From Methylococcaceae bacterium (GTDB taxonomy: Bacteria; Pseudomonadota; Gammaproteobacteria; Methylococcales; Methylomonadaceae), in contig DTSI01000155.1 of NCBI GenBank assembly GCA_012965425.1, forward strand, positions 55,157 through 119,156: a DNA stretch of 64,000 nt. The letters run 5' to 3'. Positions 31,154 to 39,859 of the stretch are shown piece after piece (within the stretch, counting starts at the first letter, position 1; each line of letters begins with the position of its first letter). Below the pieces are notes generated by a model, which searched no databases, was not told where the DNA came from, and worked only from the letters and a program-made list of their open reading frames with translations. Made by a program: the position numbers and the translations under genes.

Positions 31154-32005
31154 TCAGCTCCGCATGATCTGAATATTATCAATTAAGCGCGTTTGGCCCA
31201 AGATGACCGCTGCTAGAATCACCCATGACGCATGATCATTGGCCGCTGGCAGTAAATCGTCGACACTACAAATTGAAAAAAAATCAACGTTAAAACCCGC
31301 CTTCTCAAGTATTTCTACCTGCTCTTTTTCTATGCCCGCCCAATCCCGTCGACCATTTTTTATTTGTTCCTTTGCCCTACATAAAGACTGATATAACAAA
31401 GGTGCGCTCTGACGCTCCAAGGCATTCAAATAAGAATTCCTTGAACTTAAAGCCAACCCATCGTTCTCCCGAACGGTTGGAATACCTTTCACCTGCACCG
31501 GAAAATTCAACTCCGAGATCATTTTACGAACAATCAACAATTGTTGAAAATCTTTTTCTCCCAAGAACAATTGATTCGGCTGCACAATATTAAGTAATTT
31601 GCAGACAATAGTCGCCACACCTGAGAAATGACCGGGTCTAGACCGGCCACAATGACGCCCTGAAAGATCGCCAACCGCCACAGTGGTACTTGCACTATTG
31701 GAAAAAACACCTGCATTAGTGGGTAAAAACAGCAAATCAACCCCGAAACCTTCGAGTTTTTTCCTATCCTCATCCACTGTACGCGGATAAGCATTAAAAT
31801 CTTCACCGGGGCCAAATTGTAAGGGATTAACAAAAATACTAACCACGACTCTATCGGTTCTCTTTTGCGCTTGCTCCACTAAATGTAAATGCCCTGCGTG
31901 CAGATTACCCATTGTGGGCACAAAACCCACCGCTTCACCATTGGATCGCCATTTTGCTACCCACTGTCGGATAGAATCAATATCCTTACAGACCTGAAGC
32001 GCCAT
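31154..32005 (-). CDS. panC: pantoate--beta-alanine ligase
   Basis: 283 aa. HIGH-like motif PTMGNLHAGHLHLV. The start overlaps the panB stop (TAATG). Confidence 0.95.
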   Translation of the reverse strand: MALQVCKDIDSIRQWVAKWRSNGEAVGFVPTMGNLHAGHLHLVEQAQKRTDRVVVSIFVNPLQFGPGEDFNAYPRTVDEDRKKLEGFGVDLLFLPTNAGVFSNSASTTVAVGDLSGRHCGRSRPGHFSGVATIVCKLLNIVQPNQLFLGEKDFQQLLIVRKMISELNFPVQVKGIPTVRENDGLALSSRNSYLNALERQSAPLLYQSLCRAKEQIKNGRRDWAGIEKEQVEILEKAGFNVDFFSICSVDDLLPAANDHASWVILAAVILGQTRLIDNIQIMRS

Positions 32006-32820
32006 TAAAACCCATGCTCGGCTAATGGAAACTCCCGTGCCTTAACCGCTTTAACGAACGCTCCAACAGCGGCCTGAATAGTACCTGTCTCGGCCATATA
32101 ATTCTTTGAAAACCGCGGTCGCCTACCAATACTAATATCTAAAATATCATACAAAACAAGAACTTGACCATCACAGTGACGACCCGCGCCAATTCCAATA
32201 ATAGGTATACTCAGAACCTGACTAATACGCTCTGTCAAAGCACTCGGAATACACTCCAAAACCAACAGACTAATTCCTGCACGCTCAAGCGCAATAGCAT
32301 CCTCAATAATTTTATCGGCGGCTACAGTGCTTTTTCCCTGCACAACATAACGTCCCAATTGATTAATTGACTGCGGCAACAAGCCTAAATGGCCGCAAAC
32401 AGGAACACCCTCTGCAACTAGAGCAGAAACAATTTTTGCCTTTGCTCCTTCCAACTTAACCATCTGGGCGCCACTCTCACGCAACAGTCGCGCCGAACTC
32501 TGCAAAGCCAGGCTAACAGTAGCGCAGCTCATAAACGGCAGATCAGCAAGCACTAAGGCCCTTTTTCTTGCCTTAACAACACACCGGGTATGATAAACCA
32601 TGTCATCCATAGTCACCGCTAACGTGCTGTCATTCCCCTGAACGACCATTCCTAAAGAATCGCCGACTAAAATAATATCGACACCGGCCTCATCAATTAA
32701 TTGCCCAAAACTAGCATCATAGGCCGTCAAACACGCAATCTTCTCGCCGTGCAGTTTCATCTTATTCAAATCCAATACGGATAACAGCCCTTCTTGAGCG
32801 ATCACTGGGTATAACGTCAT
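32005..32820 (-). CDS. panB: 3-methyl-2-oxobutanoate hydroxymethyltransferase
   Basis: 271 aa. Motifs LTAYDASF, VGDSLGMVVQG and KLEG. Confidence 0.95.
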   Translation of the reverse strand: MTLYPVIAQEGLLSVLDLNKMKLHGEKIACLTAYDASFGQLIDEAGVDIILVGDSLGMVVQGNDSTLAVTMDDMVYHTRCVVKARKRALVLADLPFMSCATVSLALQSSARLLRESGAQMVKLEGAKAKIVSALVAEGVPVCGHLGLLPQSINQLGRYVVQGKSTVAADKIIEDAIALERAGISLLVLECIPSALTERISQVLSIPIIGIGAGRHCDGQVLVLYDILDISIGRRPRFSKNYMAETGTIQAAVGAFVKAVKAREFPLAEHGF

Positions 32821-32838
32821 AATTTATTTTCTTTTACT

Positions 32839-33339
32839 TTAATTAATCTTTATCAGTCCAGATAACGGACAATTTGAAACCAGCTCCGTTATGACGCCCA
32901 AACCGGGTACTTTAATATCCTTATCGATCTCTTCTAGAGGGTATAAAACAAAGGCACGTTCAGCAAGTCCAGGATGCGGTACAACCAAATCAGGTTCCCG
33001 AATGCATTGCTCTCCAAACAACAATAAATCAAGATCCAACGTCCTCGCCACCCAACGTTCGCCGGTTCTCACTCGCCCCTGACTATTCTCTATCTTCTGC
33101 ATGGCGCGTAACAAAACCAACGCCGGCAGTTGAGTGACTACCTTCATCACTGCATTCGTATAATCAGGTTGATTTTGTGGGCCCATTGGAGGGCTGCGGT
33201 AAAGCGATGAAAAGCCCAATTCATCAACCTTTGCTAGGGCATTGATCGCACGACGCGCCTGATCAATTTGCACGGAGGGGTCAGCCAAGTTACTCCCCAA
33301 CCCAACAAATGCAACAACCTTTTCCTCACAATATATCAT
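32839..33339 (-). CDS. folK: 2-amino-4-hydroxy-6-hydroxymethyldihydropteridine diphosphokinase
   Basis: 166 aa. Motifs GLGSNL, RTLDLDLLLFG and LVVPHP. ATGA overlap with the pcnB stop. Confidence 0.9.
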   Translation of the reverse strand: MIYCEEKVVAFVGLGSNLADPSVQIDQARRAINALAKVDELGFSSLYRSPPMGPQNQPDYTNAVMKVVTQLPALVLLRAMQKIENSQGRVRTGERWVARTLDLDLLLFGEQCIREPDLVVPHPGLAERAFVLYPLEEIDKDIKVPGLGVITELVSNCPLSGLIKIN

Positions 33340-34832
33340 TGTGAAATCACAACACGCTTACTTCGTACCACCGTTTTTTTTCGTCGACTAACTCTTTTTT
33401 TTGCGCCCGGTATCGCGCGCACCATTTCTTTTTGGCGCTCATTATTAGCCACCTGAAATTCAGTCCACCACTGCGCTAACTCAAGGGCTGCATTACCTGT
33501 CTGCGCCCTCAGCAACAAAAAATCATAAGCTGCTCGAAAACGCGGATGCGCCAAAACACGAAAAGCACGCGCCCCTACCCGCTGCTCAAAACGCGGCTGC
33601 AAACCCCAAACCTCTCGCATAGACAAGCCAACTCTTTTAGGAAATGCCGTAAAATTTACCTGACGGCCAATCGCTTCATTACCGGCTTCCTGAAAAGCCA
33701 TAACTTCGTTCATTCCTTTTTGTACTTTTATCGCCACAAGGCTTTGCACGGTATCCCATAAAAAAGCTGACAATAGAAAATAGGGCATCACTGACTTTCC
33801 TTCCGCTATCCGTGAATCCGTATTTCCTAATGCTTTGAGTAACAACGCGCGCGGGAAATCACCTTCAGCCTGCTGTAAACTTTTATCCGTATCAGGAAAA
33901 AGAACCGCAAATAACCGATAGCGTTCCAATAACTCAAAAACCGCAATGGCAGACCCCGATAAAAAAAGTTTCAGGACTTCGTCATAAAGGCGCGCCGATG
34001 GAACACCCTGCAGCAAATCAGCCATTTCACCAATACTTTTCGCACTCTCTGGATCTAACTGGAAATTCAGCTTAGTAGAAAATCTGACTGCCCGTAACAT
34101 TCTCACAGGATCTTCACGATAACGCACTTCAGAATCACCGATTAAACGCAAAATTCCCTGCTGATGATCTTTAAACCCATTAACGTAATCGATAATTGAA
34201 AAATCACGAATATTATAATAAAGCGCATTGACCGTGAAATCGCGTCGCCAAACATCTTCTTCAATCGTGCCATAAACATTGTCACGTAACAAACGCCCAT
34301 TTTCATGAACCCGATCCGCCCCCCTTTCATCACCGGAAGCACCTCTAAAGGTTGCCACCTCAATAATTTCACGGCCAAAATGAACATGCGCCAATCTAAA
34401 GCGTCGCCCAATTAATCTGCAATTACGAAAAATAGCCTTAATTTGCTCAGGACTAGCATCAGTCACCACATCAAAATCTTTCGGCTCAAGCCCTAACAAC
34501 AAATCCCTTACACAGCCCCCGACCAGATAAGACTGATAACCATTACTCTTAAGCCGATAAAGCACCTTAAGCGCATTATCACTGATTTGCGCCCTCGATA
34601 CCGTATGTGCTGATCGTGGATAAATTACAAAACCTGATTCAGAATCAGGACTCTTGGGTAATGAAACGAGTTTTTTTATAAAATCAAAAATCGACCTTTT
34701 CCTATAAATAAAATTAAATTCATGACAGCATTCTAACAGTAAGATAAAATTTCGTACAAATAACACTGAATTAAAAACTAAAAGCCTTGACCTTTTGATC
34801 AATTTATTATTAGCTAGCGAGTAGGTATACAT
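33336..34832 (-). CDS. pcnB: poly(A) polymerase I
   Basis: Motifs LVGGCVRDLLLG, RLIGRRFRLAHV and RDFTVNALYY. The longest ORF is given here. Homology to E. coli PcnB begins only near residue 48, so the true start is probably internal and non-ATG (see findings). Confidence 0.9.
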   Translation of the reverse strand: MYTYSLANNKLIKRSRLLVFNSVLFVRNFILLLECCHEFNFIYRKRSIFDFIKKLVSLPKSPDSESGFVIYPRSAHTVSRAQISDNALKVLYRLKSNGYQSYLVGGCVRDLLLGLEPKDFDVVTDASPEQIKAIFRNCRLIGRRFRLAHVHFGREIIEVATFRGASGDERGADRVHENGRLLRDNVYGTIEEDVWRRDFTVNALYYNIRDFSIIDYVNGFKDHQQGILRLIGDSEVRYREDPVRMLRAVRFSTKLNFQLDPESAKSIGEMADLLQGVPSARLYDEVLKLFLSGSAIAVFELLERYRLFAVLFPDTDKSLQQAEGDFPRALLLKALGNTDSRIAEGKSVMPYFLLSAFLWDTVQSLVAIKVQKGMNEVMAFQEAGNEAIGRQVNFTAFPKRVGLSMREVWGLQPRFEQRVGARAFRVLAHPRFRAAYDFLLLRAQTGNAALELAQWWTEFQVANNERQKEMVRAIPGAKKRVSRRKKTVVRSKRVVISQ

Positions 34833-34858
34833 GGCATTTAACAGAGGGGATTCTAACT

Positions 34859-35101
34859 ATGGCAACAAAAACATTACCAGATCTTAAAAGCATCACTGCT
34901 ATTTTGGGCACCGTACAAGATATCTTAATTAACAAGGTACTCAAACAATTACTAGAGGCTCCCCTGATATCTAGCATATTCATTGTTGACTTTGCCATTT
35001 TGCTTTTCCTTCGCCCACCCTTCCTCTTTTCACTGGTAATGCTAGGCACGCTCGTAGGCTTAGCAATGTACTTTGGTCAAAAACTGGCCTTATTTAAATA
35101 A
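34859..35101 (+). CDS. hypothetical small membrane protein
   Basis: 80 aa with a hydrophobic C-terminal half (two predicted TM segments). GAGGGG lies 9 nt upstream of the ATG, and the ORF sits just upstream of the RDD gene. No homology recognised. Confidence 0.3.
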   Translation: MATKTLPDLKSITAILGTVQDILINKVLKQLLEAPLISSIFIVDFAILLFLRPPFLFSLVMLGTLVGLAMYFGQKLALFK

Positions 35102-35129
35102 CATAATTTAACTGGGTCTTCGTGAAAAT

Positions 35130-35564
35130 ATGACAATCGATCAAATCAACACACCGTGTCACCCCGGCTTTTGGCGCCGCTTATTTGCAATTTTCTATGA
35201 TACATTCCTATTAGCAGCCTTATTATTTATTTCTACAGCACTTGCCTTACCTTTTAACGCGGGCGAAGCCTTTGCGGGGAACCCTTTATACCTTGGGTAT
35301 CTGGTCAGCGTCTGCTTTCTATTTTTTGGCTGGTTCTGGACTCATGGCGGACAAACACTTGGACTGCGGGCATGGAAAATACAAATTTTAACTGAGACAA
35401 AGCAACCACTAAGCTGGAAAGATGCCCTTTCACGATTCATTTGGGCGACTCTTTCCTGGGGATTATTCGGGCTAGGTTTTATCTGGATTTTATTCGACAA
35501 AGAAAAAAAGTCCTTACATGACCGCCTTTCTGGCACACAAGCCTTTATCACCACCAAAGATTAA
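35130..35564 (+). CDS. RDD family membrane protein
   Basis: 144 aa. FWRRLFAIFYDTFLL..., three TM segments and C-terminal SLHDRLSGT, which is the typical RDD-domain layout. Confidence 0.75.
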   Translation: MTIDQINTPCHPGFWRRLFAIFYDTFLLAALLFISTALALPFNAGEAFAGNPLYLGYLVSVCFLFFGWFWTHGGQTLGLRAWKIQILTETKQPLSWKDALSRFIWATLSWGLFGLGFIWILFDKEKKSLHDRLSGTQAFITTKD

Positions 35565-35575
35565 TTAGCATCATT

Positions 35576-36643
35576 TCATCGCAAGGATGAAATGACCATA
35601 CTCGCCATAGCCAGAATAGTTAAACTAGGTAAAACACCCATTAACAAGGGATCAAACCCGTACACCAATCCCATATAACCGACTACTTTATTAAAAAGGT
35701 GGAACCCAATACCAAGCACTGTACCCACCAACATTCTAAAACCAATACTGGTAACCCGGTTCACCTTTACCACAAAAGGCACCGCAATTAATATCATCAC
35801 CATAATAACGACAGGACTTGTCACCCGATTCCAAAACGCTAGCTCCAGCGCATCTGTTTTCTGTTCATTTTTCTTTAAAAACTGTATGTAATGAAACAAA
35901 TTGACAGATGAGAGCGTCTCAGGCTTGACCAAAACAATATCCAAAAAACGCTGTGTAATTGAAAAAGGCCAGCGTTTTTCTTCAATTTGACTCGAAAACA
36001 CTTTTTCAGAACCCATCTGAACGGCAGAAACCCCCCGCGCCAACCATTCGTTCTCCTTTATAAAAGTCGCTTCATGGATGAATGAAAAGACTTTTAAATG
36101 ACGCTGATCATCCAACTCATAAACCACCAAATCACCTAAATGACCTTCACCCTTAAACTTACGAACATTAATATAATTTTTCCCATCTCGTAACCAAAAA
36201 CCATTTTCACTTTTTATCATGAGTGCTTTATTTTGCGCTTCCGCTCGCATTGTTTTTGCTAAGACTGAAGTCTCCGGGACAACAAACTCACTAACAACGG
36301 TTGAAACTAAAACCACAATCAAACCGGCACACATCCCCGCCTTAATAATACCAAAAAGAGACAATGATGCTGAACGCATTGCAACCAACTCATGATTATT
36401 CGCCATTGAACCCAATGCAACCAAACTTGCCAGTAAAGCTGCCGATGGTGTTAACGCATAAAAAGCAGCCGGTGTTGTTAAGGCTAAATAATAAACAATC
36501 TGCCCAAGACCGTATTCCCCCTTGCCGATATCACCCATTTCATCGGCAAAGGTAAACAGATTATAAAAAGTGAGTAATATTAAAATGGCAATAAAGTAAG
36601 CCTTTAAGACTTCTAAAGCAATATAACGCGTCAATACATTCAT
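35576..36643 (-). CDS. lptG: LPS export ABC transporter permease LptG
   Basis: 355 aa of the YjgP/YjgQ permease family. N-terminus is LTRYIALEVLKAYF. Overlaps the lptF stop by 4 nt. Confidence 0.9.
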   Translation of the reverse strand: MNVLTRYIALEVLKAYFIAILILLTFYNLFTFADEMGDIGKGEYGLGQIVYYLALTTPAAFYALTPSAALLASLVALGSMANNHELVAMRSASLSLFGIIKAGMCAGLIVVLVSTVVSEFVVPETSVLAKTMRAEAQNKALMIKSENGFWLRDGKNYINVRKFKGEGHLGDLVVYELDDQRHLKVFSFIHEATFIKENEWLARGVSAVQMGSEKVFSSQIEEKRWPFSITQRFLDIVLVKPETLSSVNLFHYIQFLKKNEQKTDALELAFWNRVTSPVVIMVMILIAVPFVVKVNRVTSIGFRMLVGTVLGIGFHLFNKVVGYMGLVYGFDPLLMGVLPSLTILAMASMVISSLR

Positions 36644-37767
36644 TCGGCAAACCTTTGTCTAAAAATAACTTTTATCCACGGCAACCCAAAAAAACGAAGT
36701 AACAATAACAACCAAACCAAAAACATCAAACCATAAACCCACGTTAAACTAAACCAAAGCGGCAAAACACCTTTTAACAACCAACCCTGACTAAATTTCT
36801 GTAAATTCGCATAACTAAAATAAATCAAAAATGCGACAATCACATTACCATACACACCGCCCCGCGGCGTTAATTGCGCTAAAGGAACCGCAAGCAAGCC
36901 TAACATCAATATCCCCAGAGGGACGGCAAGACGCCGCTGTAATTCAGCACTATTACGTAAAGAAGACCCATTCAATAACGTCTTTGTAGACAGCGCCTCT
37001 ATATGATAGCGGGGTAACTTATTATCCTTTTTAATCAATAAGGCATACTTATCAAAACGCTCTATCACAACATCTACCTGCCCGGGTTTACCACTCACCC
37101 TTTCCGCATCCTGTAAGACAATATAACGTCCCCCCGGTAAATCTTCTAGCTGCCCATACTCTGCATTAATGACTTCAATATTTTTAGTTCTGTGATTGGT
37201 TGCAAAAATATTATGCATTCTATTATTGTCATCAATATCCTCAATAAAAAACATCAAATCACCGCGCTGACGAAAACTACCTGAAATCAATCCCCTCAAC
37301 TCAAACTGCTGTTGATCTTGATGTTTTATTTCAACTATATTCGATTCCGCCCAAGGAGTTGAAAATAAAGACAAACATAAACTCACCACACTGACCGGTA
37401 TTAAAAAGATAGCAATGGACTGATAAATACGCGCTAACCCAGCACCTCCAGAAGCAATAGCATCTATTTCATGATCACGGTACATCCGCCCTAAAACCAC
37501 TAAAACCGCGATAAAAATGGCTGCCGGCAAAAAGCTAATACCAATCCCTAAAGCCTTATAGCCAACAATTTTTATAACAGCATCACTGGAAATCTGCCCT
37601 TCGATCGCCTGACTCAGAACTTTTACAAACTTTTTACTCACCAAAATAATGACAATAACAGTCAAAACAGATAACGCTGTTTTAAATAACTCCCATGCGA
37701 CCATTTTATCAAGCACCGTTAACAGGCGCCGGCGCTTAGTCCTAGTTAATAAATTTATTTTCTGCAT
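36640..37767 (-). CDS. lptF: LPS export ABC transporter permease LptF
   Basis: 375 aa of the YjgP/YjgQ family. Lies divergent from pepA, as in E. coli and Pseudomonas. The exact start is uncertain. Confidence 0.85.
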   Translation of the reverse strand: MQKINLLTRTKRRRLLTVLDKMVAWELFKTALSVLTVIVIILVSKKFVKVLSQAIEGQISSDAVIKIVGYKALGIGISFLPAAIFIAVLVVLGRMYRDHEIDAIASGGAGLARIYQSIAIFLIPVSVVSLCLSLFSTPWAESNIVEIKHQDQQQFELRGLISGSFRQRGDLMFFIEDIDDNNRMHNIFATNHRTKNIEVINAEYGQLEDLPGGRYIVLQDAERVSGKPGQVDVVIERFDKYALLIKKDNKLPRYHIEALSTKTLLNGSSLRNSAELQRRLAVPLGILMLGLLAVPLAQLTPRGGVYGNVIVAFLIYFSYANLQKFSQGWLLKGVLPLWFSLTWVYGLMFLVWLLLLLRFFGLPWIKVIFRQRFAE

Positions 37768-37857
37768 CGCTCTCTTAATAAATACTGTTATAAGGTATAT
37801 TATACGCCCGTGCCGTGTAGCTACGCATAATGCCTATAAACAATTTTGGGAAAATTT

Positions 37858-39357
37858 ATGGAATTTTCATTAATAACATCACCTTCTGAATCCAATCAAA
37901 CTGATTGTCTTGTTTTAGGCATTTTTGAAAAGCAAAAACACAGCCCAGAAAGTTCTGACTTTAACCTGCAAACGCAGGGATTCATTGATAACATCATTCA
38001 ACGCGACAACTTTGATGGAACCCTTGGTAATACTTTAACAATAAATTTCATCCCCAACAATTTGTATCAACGCTGCGTACTCGTTGGCCTCGGCAACCAA
38101 GACCAACCGCTATCCAGCAAAAATTACCGAAAAGTATTAGCTAGCACCATTAAAGCATTAAAAAGCACCTCATCGACTAATGCCACCTGCTGCTTATCGG
38201 AAGCCACCGTTGAGAATCAAAACAACCTCTGGAAGGTGCGTCAAGTCGTTGAGGTCTTTCAGGGCGCCTGTTATCAATTTAATGACCTGAAAAGCAAACC
38301 CGAGTGCCCTGTAAAATTAACCCACATCAGCATCACTGCACCAGAAGATAACCGATCAGACTCAGAGGTGGGACTTAAACAGGGCATTGCGCTGGCCAAT
38401 GCTATAGAATTCACAAAGAATCTTGCAGATTCACCGGGTAACGTATGCACTCCAAGTTATCTCGCTGAAAAGGCTTTACAATTAAGTCAGCAAAACAACC
38501 GATTCTCCACGCGTATTCTCGAAGAAGATGAAATGGCCGAATTAGGCATGGGAGCACTTCTCTCTGTAAGCCGTGGCAGTCGACAACCGGCTAAATTAAT
38601 TACACTGGAATACCGGGGTGGAAGCCCAGAATCAAAACCCATTGTCCTCGTGGGCAAAGGATTAACCTTCGACGCCGGCGGCATATCGCTTAAACCCAGC
38701 TCGGGAATGGACGAAATGAAATATGATATGTGCGGTGGCGCAAGTGTTTTAGGTGTCTTTCAGGCGCTCTCTAATCTAAGTTTACCAATCAATGTCATTG
38801 GCCTCATCCCGACCTCGGAGAATATGCCCGATGGTGATGCGAATAAACCCGGCGATATTGTTACCAGCATGTCTGGCCTGACCATCGAAATACTTAACAC
38901 CGATGCGGAAGGTAGACTGATTTTGTGTGATACCCTGACCTATGCACAAAAATACAACCCCGAAGTGGTCATCGACCTTGCCACACTAACCGGAGCTTGC
39001 ATTACTGCTTTAGGTCGCCACCCAAGCGGCTTACTTAGCAACGATGATGCGCTCTGTGAGGATTTATTTTCGGCTGCAAACACAGCCTGTGACCCGGTTT
39101 GGCGCTTACCACTTTGGGAAGAATACCAAGACCAATTAAAATCGAATTTTGCCGACATGGCCAACATTGGCGGCCCTGCTGGAGGCACGATTACTGCGGC
39201 TTGCTTTCTCTCACGTTTCGCCGAAAATTTTCGTTGGGCGCATTTAGATATCGCCGGCACGGCATGGAAGTCTGGTGACCAAAAAGGTGCGACCGGTCGA
39301 CCGGTCGCACTACTGACACAGTACTTAATTGATTTCTCCAACAATGCCCGCAATTGA
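37858..39357 (+). CDS. pepA: leucyl aminopeptidase
   Basis: MEFSLITS... matches E. coli MEFSVKSG. M17 signature NTDAEGRLILCD. ATG 37858 is preferred to the track TTG at 37846. Confidence 0.95.
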   Translation: MEFSLITSPSESNQTDCLVLGIFEKQKHSPESSDFNLQTQGFIDNIIQRDNFDGTLGNTLTINFIPNNLYQRCVLVGLGNQDQPLSSKNYRKVLASTIKALKSTSSTNATCCLSEATVENQNNLWKVRQVVEVFQGACYQFNDLKSKPECPVKLTHISITAPEDNRSDSEVGLKQGIALANAIEFTKNLADSPGNVCTPSYLAEKALQLSQQNNRFSTRILEEDEMAELGMGALLSVSRGSRQPAKLITLEYRGGSPESKPIVLVGKGLTFDAGGISLKPSSGMDEMKYDMCGGASVLGVFQALSNLSLPINVIGLIPTSENMPDGDANKPGDIVTSMSGLTIEILNTDAEGRLILCDTLTYAQKYNPEVVIDLATLTGACITALGRHPSGLLSNDDALCEDLFSAANTACDPVWRLPLWEEYQDQLKSNFADMANIGGPAGGTITAACFLSRFAENFRWAHLDIAGTAWKSGDQKGATGRPVALLTQYLIDFSNNARN

Positions 39358-39772
39358 TTTCTATATTTTATCGACTACGAGCGAACAAAAACGTTATCAA
39401 TTTGTTTGCAAACTAGCCGAGAAGATTTTCAGACAAAAGCAAAAGGCTTTTTTTCTAACCCCCTCCATTGAAGCCAGTGAGAACCTGGATAACTTGCTAT
39501 GGACTTTCAGGTCTGGCAGTTTTATTCCACATCAAATTCTCCAAAAGAATACTTCTTCATTTTATGATCAATTACTCATTAGCAATCACGGTGTGCCTGA
39601 GGACTGGCGCGGCACACTGGTTAACTTAACCCAGCAACTAGTCCCCAACATAGAAAAACTAAGTCGCATTATTGAGATTATTGATGATAATGAAGTCTGC
39701 CGGAAGGAAGGTCGGCAGCGTTACCGACACTATAAAGAAATGAACTTAATCCCTAACACGCATAAAATTTAA
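39344..39772 (+). CDS. holC: DNA polymerase III subunit chi
   Basis: The MPAIDFYIL... N-terminus is typical of HolC. The gene sits in the conserved position between pepA and valS. Confidence 0.85.
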   Translation: MPAIDFYILSTTSEQKRYQFVCKLAEKIFRQKQKAFFLTPSIEASENLDNLLWTFRSGSFIPHQILQKNTSSFYDQLLISNHGVPEDWRGTLVNLTQQLVPNIEKLSRIIEIIDDNEVCRKEGRQRYRHYKEMNLIPNTHKI

Positions 39773-39859
39773 CCTTTTTTAACTGAACCAATTTAGCTTC
39801 CAGCTACAATCAGGTTAGAATAAAAAAAATTTCACTTTGCTTAAATTTAAATTGTCTTC

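Noticed and set aside
38940-39353. 137-aa ORF antisense to the pepA 3' end
   Set aside because: It is embedded in the conserved M17 peptidase domain on the other strand. The product is Ser/Ala/Pro-rich with no motif, so it is a shadow ORF.
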